Origin: Deltaproteobacteria bacterium
GTDB lineage: Bacteria > Desulfobacterota > Syntrophia > Syntrophales > Smithellaceae
Assembly (NCBI GenBank): GCA_021372815.1
Contig: JAJFTS010000149.1
Span: 1 to 62,013 of the forward strand
DNA length: 62,013 nucleotides
Direction of reading: 5' to 3'
Shown here: piece by piece, positions 36,872 through 44,598 of the stretch
Layout: each line of letters begins with the position of its first letter
Numbering within the stretch: the first letter of the stretch is position 1
Made by a program: the position numbers and the translations under genes
Notes under the pieces: generated by a model
What the model saw: the letters and a program-made list of their open reading frames with translations, nothing else
Databases searched by the model: none
Told to the model about the DNA's origin: nothing

Positions 36872-37300
36872 TTAAATGGATAAGTTTTCCGGACACTGAG
36901 CTTCATGAATATGGGCGTTGCCCGAATAAACTTTCAGCTTTTTCAGCATCTTGCGACCGAGATTTGTTTTGGGCAGCATTCCCTGCACCGCGATACGAAT
37001 CAAATCTTCGGGTTTTTCCGCCAGCATTTTGCCCGCAGCTGTTTCTCTTAACCCGCCGGGATAACCCGAATAAGAATAATACTTTTTATCGATCAGCTTT
37101 TTGCCGGTAACGACAATCTTCTCGGCATTAACGACAATAATAAAATCGCCTGTATCAACATGCGGCGTATAAGTAGGCTTGTGCTTTCCTCTTAAACGGT
37201 GCGCTATTTCACTGGCGAATCTTCCCAATACCTTGCCGGAAGCGTCCGCAACATACCATTTCTTATCCGTTGTTTCGGCTTTTGCCATATATGTCTTCAT
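36872..37300 (-). CDS. rplM: 50S ribosomal protein L13
   Basis: [40 protein letters not shown]. Confidence 0.97.
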   Translation of the reverse strand: MKTYMAKAETTDKKWYVADASGKVLGRFASEIAHRLRGKHKPTYTPHVDTGDFIIVVNAEKIVVTGKKLIDKKYYSYSGYPGGLRETAAGKMLAEKPEDLIRIAVQGMLPKTNLGRKMLKKLKVYSGNAHIHEAQCPENLSI

Positions 37301-37337
37301 AATAAAATCACCACTTTGTTGAAAAATTTAAAAGCGA

Positions 37338-37366
37338 ACCTTATGCAATCTTAATTTGATTGTCAA
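37338..37366 (-). promoter_or_regulatory. Candidate promoter for rplM-rpsI
   Basis: Minus strand reads TTGACA (plus-strand 37361-37366), 17 nt, TAAGGT. Confidence 0.35.
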
Positions 37367-37426
37367 GAAAAATGTTTGAAATATCAGAAGATCGTCAGAA
37401 TTCATTCTATTGGACAATTTTTCATG

Positions 37427-37576
37427 ATATACCAACTTGGCTTAAGCAGCATATTACCACAAAAAACCAAGTAACAAAAGTTCGATTTGCTTGATATTTA
37501 AGCACTTTTTTCTTTGCATTCTTCACAAAAAGGAGTAACATTGCTCCACAAATCGGAAAAAACCAAGTTGGTATAT
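37427..37576. mobile_element. 150-bp miniature element bounded by a 14-nt perfect inverted repeat (MITE-like)
   Basis: ATATACCAACTTGG (37427-37440) and CCAAGTTGGTATAT (37563-37576). The interior is AT-rich. AAAAAACCAAGT occurs twice. Confidence 0.5.
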
Positions 37577-37732
37577 TAATTGTTGGGCAGCTAGAGAGAG
37601 CGCGCGTGATGTTTGCTCTGGGGTTGACTTTGTGCCACTCCTTAAAGGAGTCGGTGCCTGTAAATATGTCGGTTTGTGAAAGTCAGCGTGAATTAACAAA
37701 TAATGTATCGCCCTTATGTTGGAGTATTTTAA

Positions 37733-38152
37733 ATGGCGTGGACTGACGACATAAAAGCTCAGAAGAAGAACTTATCTAAAATCAAGGCCGACGAAGCGAA
37801 CCGCAACGCTAAAGCCTTCGCTGAGTTTTCGAGCATGATCGCACAGACATTAGATGAGTTGGGTGCTGCGACTTTCGGCCACTCATGGCTATTTCGTATC
37901 CCAAAATACAAGGTGAAAAGATGTGTTTTTGGATTAGGATGGGACTTAATCTCAAAACCCAAAGATTGGGTTGGCGAACCGTATCCCATTTTTTCTGTGA
38001 CCTTTGGGCAAGACGAAAAGACGTCCCGTCAATATCTATATGTAGGGTCTCCAAATCTCCATTTATTTGAAACTGTCATAGTAGAGGCATCGCAAGAACA
38101 GTTAAGAAATGCTATTCGCAAGGTAGCTGTTTATTTAGATGGATTATATTGA
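37733..38152 (+). CDS. Hypothetical protein (139 aa)
   Basis: GGAG RBS 8 nt upstream. No family recognised. A terminator-like hairpin lies 130 nt downstream. Confidence 0.5.
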   Translation: MAWTDDIKAQKKNLSKIKADEANRNAKAFAEFSSMIAQTLDELGAATFGHSWLFRIPKYKVKRCVFGLGWDLISKPKDWVGEPYPIFSVTFGQDEKTSRQYLYVGSPNLHLFETVIVEASQEQLRNAIRKVAVYLDGLY

Positions 38153-38281
38153 CTGCAAAGGCGAGCACCATAAACTGGAATAAAGGAAGAGGGGGAGTGC
38201 CATGAAATTATGCGTTTAGTGTCTTGATTTAATTGTACCCCAGCGTCTTTGTATGCAGGGTGCACGCCCAACCCGGCATTC

Positions 38282-38318
38282 AAGCGGACGCCAAAAAGCC
38301 GGCGCCGCTTAATTTTTA
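38282..38318 (+). terminator. Rho-independent terminator nested in a GCCCAAC/GTTGGGC outer stem
   Basis: AAGCGGACGCC (38282-38292) pairs with GGCGCCGCTT (38301-38310), followed by AATTTTTA. Outer stem GCCCAAC (38264-38270) pairs with GTTGGGC (38319-38325). Confidence 0.55.
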
Positions 38319-38369
38319 GTTGGGCAAACAATTGTAGTAAAAAGCATTGCTTTATGATAGTTTTTTATC

Positions 38370-38558
38370 ATGATTAAGAACGTGGTTCGCAAAAATAATT
38401 TCCGTGATCCCCAATTATCCAGGGCTGATCTTGAGTACTGGTTAAGCCGGCCGGCGGAAGAACGCGTTGCAACCGTTGATTACCTCAGAAATCAATATTA
38501 TGGAAGCTCAACAAGACTTCAAAGAGTTGTTAGGGTTATTCAACGCTCACAAGGTTGA
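38370..38558 (+). CDS. Small hypothetical protein (62 aa), candidate partner of the downstream nucleotidyltransferase-like gene
   Basis: Ends ...ERVATVDYLRNQYYGSSTRLQRVVRVIQRSQG. No clear SD. Overlaps the next gene by 59 nt in another frame. Confidence 0.4.
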   Translation: MIKNVVRKNNFRDPQLSRADLEYWLSRPAEERVATVDYLRNQYYGSSTRLQRVVRVIQRSQG

Positions 38559-38946
38559 ATACATCATCGTCGGAGCGTACGCCCTCGCATATCACGGTGC
38601 GCCGCGTTTTACCGGCGATATTGACATTTTTGTTAAACCTTCTGTTAAAAACGCAAAAAAAATCATGTCAGCTTTGTCAGATTTTGGTTTTGGTTCGTTA
38701 AATCTGACCGTTGAAGACTTTCAAAATCCGGATTCCGTAATCCAGCTCGGTGTTCCCCCCGTCCGCATAGATATTATTACTTCATTAACCGGTGTTACGT
38801 GGAAAGAAGCGGATAAAGGAAAGGTAAACGGTTTATATGGAGATATTCCTGTGCATTTCCTGGGGAAAAAACAATTCATAGCCAATAAAAGCGCAATCGG
38901 CCGGAAAAAAGATTTGGCAGACATTGAATCTCTGGGCGAAGAATAA
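38500..38946 (+). CDS. Nucleotidyltransferase-fold-like protein (DUF-type, about 148 aa)
   Basis: Start re-picked at MEAQQDFKELLGLFNAHKVEYIIVGAYALAYHGAPRFTGDIDIFV...GRKKDLADIESL. The G..A....G.PR.T.D.D pattern recalls minimal-NTase / AbiEii-like families. Confidence 0.55.
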   Translation: MEAQQDFKELLGLFNAHKVEYIIVGAYALAYHGAPRFTGDIDIFVKPSVKNAKKIMSALSDFGFGSLNLTVEDFQNPDSVIQLGVPPVRIDIITSLTGVTWKEADKGKVNGLYGDIPVHFLGKKQFIANKSAIGRKKDLADIESLGEE

Positions 38947-38959
38947 TCTGTAATAATAT

Positions 38960-39172
38960 TTATACCTTCTGCGATTTTTTTCGTCGTGATAGTATTTCCC
39001 AACAACACCCTACAGAAAATCCAATAAATATAATGAAATATCCAGCAATTTTTAGGTTAACACCATTGGTATTAGATATTATTAGGTAACCAATAATAAC
39101 ACCCATAAGAAATGGAATCCAAGACCGTGTTGAAATCACAATGTCAATGAAAGTTAAAATAATATCCAACAT
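38960..39172 (-). CDS. Small membrane protein (70 aa, two hydrophobic segments, basic tail)
   Basis: MLDIILTFIDIVISTRSWIPFLMGVIIGYLII...IAGYFIIFIGFSVGCCWEILSRRKKSQKV. Confidence 0.45.
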   Translation of the reverse strand: MLDIILTFIDIVISTRSWIPFLMGVIIGYLIISNTNGVNLKIAGYFIIFIGFSVGCCWEILSRRKKSQKV

Positions 39173-39284
39173 CGCGATGTCCTGAGCAACTTTTTACAAA
39201 CACTTTAACAAACTTGATATCCAAAGTAGAACGCGGTGGCGAGGAGTCGGCTCCGCAGGCGTATATGGAAATACGTCAAGGAAG

Positions 39285-39317
39285 CCTGCCCCAGCATACG
39301 CCGGGGCAGACTTTTTT
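39285..39317 (+). terminator. Plus-strand terminator-like hairpin pointing into the leader of the small membrane-protein gene
   Basis: CTGCCCC (39285-39291), loop agcatacgcc, GGGGCAG (39303-39309), then ACTTTTTTG. Preceded by hairpins GGAG-tcgg-CTCC (39242-39253) and CGTAT-atggaa-ATACG (39259-39274). Confidence 0.5.
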
Positions 39318-39337
39318 GATAAAATTGAATAAAGGAG

Positions 39338-39346
39338 TTTATACCA
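39338..39346 (-). promoter_or_regulatory. Extended -10 box TGGTATAAA
   Basis: Minus strand reads ATGGTATAAA, about 165 nt upstream of the ORF start at 39172. Confidence 0.35.
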
Positions 39347-39351
39347 TTTCT

Positions 39352-39373
39352 AAATCAAAGATGATATTGAGGC
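39352..39373 (+). repeat. 22-nt dispersed repeat AAATCAAAGATGATATTGAGGC (copy 1)
   Basis: 21/22 identical to 42823-42844. Confidence 0.75.
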
Positions 39374-39465
39374 GGCTAGGCGAAGGCGACGAGACGTATT
39401 TTTACATACGTTGAGGAAGCCGACAACGACGCCAACGAAAATAGCGCTTTGAGTTAGGAATGGTA

Positions 39466-40668
39466 TCACATGTTTTTGGCGGCCTGTTCGATGCCTTTCC
39501 TTATCCCGTCCAGTTTTTCCTGGCTCATCTTCACGGAGATGCCGATCACCAGCGTGCGTCCCAGAATGTCTTCGGCCTGCGGAATGTTTTCCCGCTTGTA
39601 CTCCACCTTGCCTTTATACGTGGGATTCGTGAACGGATATTTTTTCGAGTTGGCCGTGGATTTCGCCAGAAAATGTTCCCAGTTCGGAACATAGTGCCAC
39701 AGATTTCTCTTGTAGCAGACGGTATCCACGCCTTCGGCGCTAAGCAGATTCTGGAATTTCTGCGCCTGATCTTCACTCGGCAGGTTAAACGCCAGGAATG
39801 TGGCGGAGTCGCCTTCGGGATCGGGTTTGACGCGGAATTTCACACCAGGCACATTGGCCAGTACATCCATGATGAACTTCTTGTTTTTCTTCTGCTCGCC
39901 AATCAGATAATCCAGTTTGCGCAGCTGGGCGAGACCCAAAGCCCCCTGCAGTTCGTTCATCCGGAAATTAAACCCGAGAATAGTCCGGCCTTCCAGAGCG
40001 CGGCTGACTTTGGGGTTATGGTCGTGGCCGTGGTCATGATACCATTCCGACCGCAGATAAAATTCCTTGTTATTGGTAATCACCATGCCGCCTTCGCCGG
40101 TGGTGACTGTTTTGACGTAATCGAAGCTGAACGTTCCCATATCGCCGAAGCTGCCCAGCTTTTTGCCTTTGAAACCCGCGCCGCAGCCCTGCGCGTTGTC
40201 TTCCAGAACCAGCAGCTTGTTCTTACGGGCCACTTCCACGATTTTATCGATGTTGGCCGCCGAACCGCACATATGCACGGGAATGACTGCCTTGGTGTAG
40301 GGTGTTTTCTTCTTTTCGATTTCATTCGGATCGAGATTGAGGGTGTCGTCGATATCCACCATGATCGGAATCGCGCCGACTTCCATGACCGCTTCATAAG
40401 TGGCCAAAAATGTAAAAGCCGGAACCAGCACGTCATCGCCGGGCCCGACATCCATAGCCGTCAGTGCAATCTGGAGCGCCGTGGAACCGGAGGTGACGCC
40501 CAGCGCGTAGTCGGTGCCGCAATATTTGGAAAACGCCTGTTCGAACTCTCTTACCTTATAAATACCTTTTCTTTCCTTATCAAAACCGTATCGCATTAGA
40601 ATGCCTGTTTCGAGGACATCCATGACTTCTTTGATTTCTTCTTTTCCGATTAACTCTGCACCTGCCAT
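39466..40668 (-). CDS. DegT/DnrJ/EryC1/StrS family PLP-dependent aminotransferase
   Basis: GVTSGSTALQIAL, VPAFTFLATYEAV, FSFDYVKTVTTGEGGMV (PLP lysine context). Confidence 0.9.
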   Translation of the reverse strand: MAGAELIGKEEIKEVMDVLETGILMRYGFDKERKGIYKVREFEQAFSKYCGTDYALGVTSGSTALQIALTAMDVGPGDDVLVPAFTFLATYEAVMEVGAIPIMVDIDDTLNLDPNEIEKKKTPYTKAVIPVHMCGSAANIDKIVEVARKNKLLVLEDNAQGCGAGFKGKKLGSFGDMGTFSFDYVKTVTTGEGGMVITNNKEFYLRSEWYHDHGHDHNPKVSRALEGRTILGFNFRMNELQGALGLAQLRKLDYLIGEQKKNKKFIMDVLANVPGVKFRVKPDPEGDSATFLAFNLPSEDQAQKFQNLLSAEGVDTVCYKRNLWHYVPNWEHFLAKSTANSKKYPFTNPTYKGKVEYKRENIPQAEDILGRTLVIGISVKMSQEKLDGIRKGIEQAAKNM

Positions 40669-40784
40669 GTTTTTAACCTTCCTTTCTTATCTTATAGCAA
40701 GTTGCTTCCAATATGATTTATTGAAAGCTTACTTTGTATTATGCCATGTCAATCAACTTCATAATATTTGATAGCTGATTGGTA

Positions 40785-41942
40785 TTAAAAAGCCTGCGCG
40801 TAAATCGCGATCATATCGTCCTTGGTTAATTTGCGGGGATTATTTTCCAGGGGTCTGGCCACCGTCACCGCCACGTCGGCCAGTGCCGGAAAATCTTTTT
40901 CCTTCACACCGAACTTAGAAATTGTGTCGTGGATGTCGCAATCTTCAATCAATGCCTCGACAGCCTCCAGCGCCAGATAGGCGGCTTCGCGGACGGGAAG
41001 TCCTTCTACATTTTCACCCATCGCTTCGGCAACGTCCGTAAACTTTTCCAAAGCCGAAGGCAAGTTAAAAGCCATCACCGCCGGCAGCAGCATCGTATTG
41101 GCCAGGCCGTGTCCGACGCCGTATTTCCCGCCCAGCGGATAGGAAAGCGAATGCACCGCCGTCACGCCCGCGTTGGCCAGGCCGATTCCGGCATATAAAC
41201 TTCCCAGAAGCATTCTTTCGCGCGCCACAATGTTTTTGCCGTCATGAACGCAGGTGCGCAGATTTTCGGCAATCAGCGCTATTGCTTCCAGAGAAAACAT
41301 CTCGCTCATCGGAGAGGAATTCACGGACGTATAAGATTCAATGGCATGACACAGAGCATCCAATCCGGTATGCGCCGTCGGAACAGGCGGAAGGCTCAGC
41401 GTCAATTCCGGATCCAGCAACGCCAGTTCCGGATAAAGATAGGGGCTGTTCATCCCTTCCTTCTTCTTCAAGTTTTTGCGCAGGAAAACCGCGGTGAAAG
41501 TCACCTCACTGCCGGTGCCGGCGGTTGTCGGGATCATGATTTTGGGAAGACCCGGTTTGGGAACTTTGTTGAGACCCAGATAATCAGCCGCTGCGCCCTT
41601 GTTCGTCGCAATCACGGCGATGGCTTTGGCCACATCCATCGCGCTGCCGCCGCCGATGCCGATGACGATGTCGCACTTGTCTTTCACAGCAATTTTCGCG
41701 CCCTCGTCGGCCAGTTCAATAGGCGGTTCCGGCACAACCTTGTCATACACCGTAAACTTAATTCCCGCCGGAATCAGGACATTGGCAACTTTTTCCAGCA
41801 AATCCGTTTTGGCCAGATTTTTATCGATAACCACCAGGGGATTTTGGGCGTTATGTTCCTTGACGTGGCTTGCTAATGACAATAATGACCCGTTGCCGAA
41901 AATAATTTTTTTGGCGCCGGTAAATGAAAATGTTTTTCTCAT
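40785..41942 (-). CDS. Iron-containing (group III) alcohol dehydrogenase
   Basis: GIGGGSAMDVAKA, and the His-rich metal site HTGLDALCHAIE...HSLSYPLGG. Confidence 0.9.
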   Translation of the reverse strand: MRKTFSFTGAKKIIFGNGSLLSLASHVKEHNAQNPLVVIDKNLAKTDLLEKVANVLIPAGIKFTVYDKVVPEPPIELADEGAKIAVKDKCDIVIGIGGGSAMDVAKAIAVIATNKGAAADYLGLNKVPKPGLPKIMIPTTAGTGSEVTFTAVFLRKNLKKKEGMNSPYLYPELALLDPELTLSLPPVPTAHTGLDALCHAIESYTSVNSSPMSEMFSLEAIALIAENLRTCVHDGKNIVARERMLLGSLYAGIGLANAGVTAVHSLSYPLGGKYGVGHGLANTMLLPAVMAFNLPSALEKFTDVAEAMGENVEGLPVREAAYLALEAVEALIEDCDIHDTISKFGVKEKDFPALADVAVTVARPLENNPRKLTKDDMIAIYAQAF

Positions 41943-42030
41943 AATCTATAACCTCCAGTAGGTTCAAGTTTAATTATAATCAGGAAGACCTTGCGGTATG
42001 CGCCATCCCTATGGGAACTGCCCCGTAAAG

Positions 42031-42768
42031 TCAAGTTTTTTTGTGGTGCGCATACCACGTCAGCTGTCGGCAGATGCCGCGGACAATTTTCACTTCACGC
42101 GACAAAATTCCGGCGCGTGTAAAGAAACGTCGCAGATGCAGCATCCAGTAATCAGGATTTTCGGGGTTTAAAAATCCGATATCGGCAAGCAATGTTTTAA
42201 TTTGTCCGTACATTCCTTCCAGTTCCTGTGATCGCGCCAGCTTGGGCGTCACCTCTGTTGAAGTTATCGGAGACGACGCTGCAAATATTTCGTAACAGAG
42301 AATCATCACGGCGTGCGAAAGATTGAGAGAAGTGAATTCCCGCGATGTCGGAATCGTCACCACGGAATTACAGAGACGCAACTGATCATTGGCGAGCCCC
42401 GTATCTTCCGGACCGAAAAGAAGGGCCACTTTATTTTTCTGCGAAATATCGGCAATTTCATCAGCGGCCGCCCTGGGAGAAAGGAAAGGTCCGCGGGCTT
42501 TGCCCAGACGGGCAGTCGTGCCGACAATATAATTGAAATCTCCGAGCGCCTCTTCAGCGCAATCAAAATACTGGATTTTATCCAATACATCGGCGGCCAA
42601 ATGCGTGGAACGCTGCCTCATTTCTTCGTCGTCGAAGTCCCGTCTGCCGACAACCACGATATCGCCGATGCCCATGTTTTTTGCGGCACGGGCGACTGCA
42701 CCGACATTCCCTGCGTATTTCGGCTTATATAAAACGATACTGATGTTTTTTGTTTTGGCTTTCAGCAT
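42031..42768 (-). CDS. trmJ: SpoU/TrmH-class RNA 2-prime-O-methyltransferase, TrmJ-like
   Basis: ISIVLYKPKYAGNVGAVARAAKNMG, ALLFGPEDTGL, SLNLSHAVMILCYE. Confidence 0.8.
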   Translation of the reverse strand: MLKAKTKNISIVLYKPKYAGNVGAVARAAKNMGIGDIVVVGRRDFDDEEMRQRSTHLAADVLDKIQYFDCAEEALGDFNYIVGTTARLGKARGPFLSPRAAADEIADISQKNKVALLFGPEDTGLANDQLRLCNSVVTIPTSREFTSLNLSHAVMILCYEIFAASSPITSTEVTPKLARSQELEGMYGQIKTLLADIGFLNPENPDYWMLHLRRFFTRAGILSREVKIVRGICRQLTWYAHHKKT

Positions 42769-42822
42769 AATTTTTCCTTATGAAAAAGGTTACTGGAGCA
42801 AATTATACATAATACCCCCTTT

Positions 42823-42844
42823 AAATCAAAGATGATCTTGAGGC
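42823..42844 (+). repeat. 22-nt dispersed repeat AAATCAAAGATGATCTTGAGGC (copy 2)
   Basis: 21/22 identical to 39352-39373. A TATAAT (minus strand, plus-strand 42802-42807) lies next to it, upstream of trmJ. Confidence 0.75.
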
Positions 42845-43026
42845 ACCCGACTTTCACGTTATATGGATATTGACAAACAAACGCATTTATAACATGATGC
42901 CCGGCACTAAGATGTTAATTTTACCGCCAAAAAATCCGGGGTATAAGAACCGTCTGAAAACATACTTTAATGAAGGGATATAAGCTTTTATTCACCACCT
43001 TCCGAATAAAAAAGCCGCAAATTCAT

Positions 43027-43968
43027 ATGCTGAAATCTAAAATAAACGTCGTAAGCTGTTGTCTTTTTTTCTTTCTGCTGTTGGCTCTGTTTTTACCTTA
43101 TCGTGTTTTTGCCTACGATTCTTCTTCCGGTGATTTTAAAAAATATCTGATTGCTCTGGACGGACAATTTACCGGTTACGGATGGAAAGATCTCCATCCG
43201 GAGAAAATACCGTGGGAATATTACCGGACAACTAAAAACAGGAATCCGCTGATGTTCGCTATTTTCGGCAATAACCCGAAACACTGTACTTTATTTTTAG
43301 GCGGCGTACACGGCGACGAATTGCCCACCGTCTATCTGATGTTCAAGCTTGCCGATTACATAAACGAAAATCCCGCTCTGTTTAAAGATAAATGCATCGT
43401 TATAGCGCCAATTGTGAACCCCGACGGTTTTTTGTCCGCCAAACAAACGCGAATTAACGCCAGCGGCATTGATATCAACAGGAATTTCCCCACCAGAGAC
43501 TGGACGGCTAAAGCTTTTCGCCAATGGACAGCAAAGGGAAAAAACCGGCGCTACTATCCGGGAACAAAACCGGCGTCGGAGCAGGAAACGCTGTTTCAGA
43601 TGGCTTTAATCAAGCGATTCAAACCGCAAAAAATATTGTCGGCGCATTCCCCGCTTAATTTTTTCGATTATGACGGGCCCTCATCGGACTTGAATTCCTT
43701 TGAAAAATGGATGGAACAGATCTGCAAAGAAATAAATCATCCTTTGAAAAAATTCGGTTATTATCCCGGATCGCTGGGCAACTATGCGGGTCATGAACGC
43801 AATATTTTCACTCTGACGCTGGAACTTCCCTCTTCCGATTCGGGACAGGGCAAAAAGTATTTCGAAAAATTTCAACCCTCTATCTTAAAATTCATCAATC
43901 TTCCTGTTGTCGGTTCACCGCCGAACATCAGGATTATCAACAATTATGCATCCACCGGCAATCAATAA
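43027..43968 (+). CDS. M14-family zinc carboxypeptidase / murein peptide amidase A-like
   Basis: Start re-picked at MLKSKINVV (signal peptide). GGVHGDELPT, APIVNPDGF, GIDINRNFPTRDW, ASEQETLFQ...LSAHSP. Confidence 0.75.
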   Translation: MLKSKINVVSCCLFFFLLLALFLPYRVFAYDSSSGDFKKYLIALDGQFTGYGWKDLHPEKIPWEYYRTTKNRNPLMFAIFGNNPKHCTLFLGGVHGDELPTVYLMFKLADYINENPALFKDKCIVIAPIVNPDGFLSAKQTRINASGIDINRNFPTRDWTAKAFRQWTAKGKNRRYYPGTKPASEQETLFQMALIKRFKPQKILSAHSPLNFFDYDGPSSDLNSFEKWMEQICKEINHPLKKFGYYPGSLGNYAGHERNIFTLTLELPSSDSGQGKKYFEKFQPSILKFINLPVVGSPPNIRIINNYASTGNQ

Positions 43969-44076
43969 ATTTGGGCCGGAATGCGTAACCCCGCCGCACG
44001 CAGCGGGGTATCCAAAGGAACTGCGCTCCAAGGGGCGGGGAATTAGACCCACGTTTATCCCGCTCAGCTTCGCCTC

Positions 44077-44133
44077 GGGGATAATTCGACCATCAAATTT
44101 CAGTGCACTTTGTTTCTGAAATTTGGGTCTCAT
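44077..44133 (-). repeat. Dispersed hairpin element E, copy C
   Basis: Minus strand reads ATGAGACCCAAATTTCAG-aaacaaagtgca-CTGAAATTTGATGGTCGAATTATCCCC. Begins at the stop codon of the 44133-44486 gene. REP-like hairpins (CCCCGC..GCGGGG at 43990-44009) follow. Confidence 0.8.
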
Positions 44134-44486
44134 TAAAGTATTTTTCTGAGACAGGATTGCAGTGCATATCTGGTCATAATTTCCAGATAATGAGGCGCGC
44201 GCGCCATCCAGGCGCCGAGAAAAAAAACCACGCAGGACAGAGCGTAGGCCGTCGGACCGCCGATAACAAAAATAAGAGGCTCCCGCCACCATACGGCCAG
44301 AACACTCAGAGCGGCTATCGCCGGCCAGCCCATCACAAAACTCAACACCATCAGAATCAATCCGGCAATCAGCCGCAGGGTAGGACGTTCTTTGAATTCA
44401 CTCAAATCGGCAGGATGGGCCATGACGGTCTGAACGAATTTCTTTCCGGCAAGATATCGGCTAATCTTTTTTCGAATCATAAACAC
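44133..44486 (-). CDS. Hypothetical membrane protein (117 aa)
   Basis: Three hydrophobic segments. No family recognised. Confidence 0.5.
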   Translation of the reverse strand: MFMIRKKISRYLAGKKFVQTVMAHPADLSEFKERPTLRLIAGLILMVLSFVMGWPAIAALSVLAVWWREPLIFVIGGPTAYALSCVVFFLGAWMARAPHYLEIMTRYALQSCLRKIL

Positions 44487-44598
44487 TTTTCCCGGAAAAC
44501 AAGTCTTTTGATCGACTGCTGACGAATGTCAGCGGCACAGGTGTGACATACACGAGACATAATCTTTGTGCAACGGCTTTTCTGCCGCCAGCCATTTC

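Noticed and set aside
37422-37541. 39-codon hydrophobic ORF inside the inverted-repeat-flanked miniature element
   Set aside because: It is not called as a CDS because GGAG lies only 2 nt from the ATG and I cannot assess conservation. It is kept as a hypothesis in the findings.
39214-39414. 66-aa plus-strand ORF with TTG start
   Set aside because: It spans the hairpin/terminator modules of the structured spacer, has no RBS, and contains a terminator in its middle. It is more likely non-coding.
39460-40599. 379-aa plus-strand ORF
   Set aside because: It is fully antisense to the DegT aminotransferase gene, which has clear family motifs. The product is low-complexity and Arg/His/Phe-rich, a typical shadow ORF.
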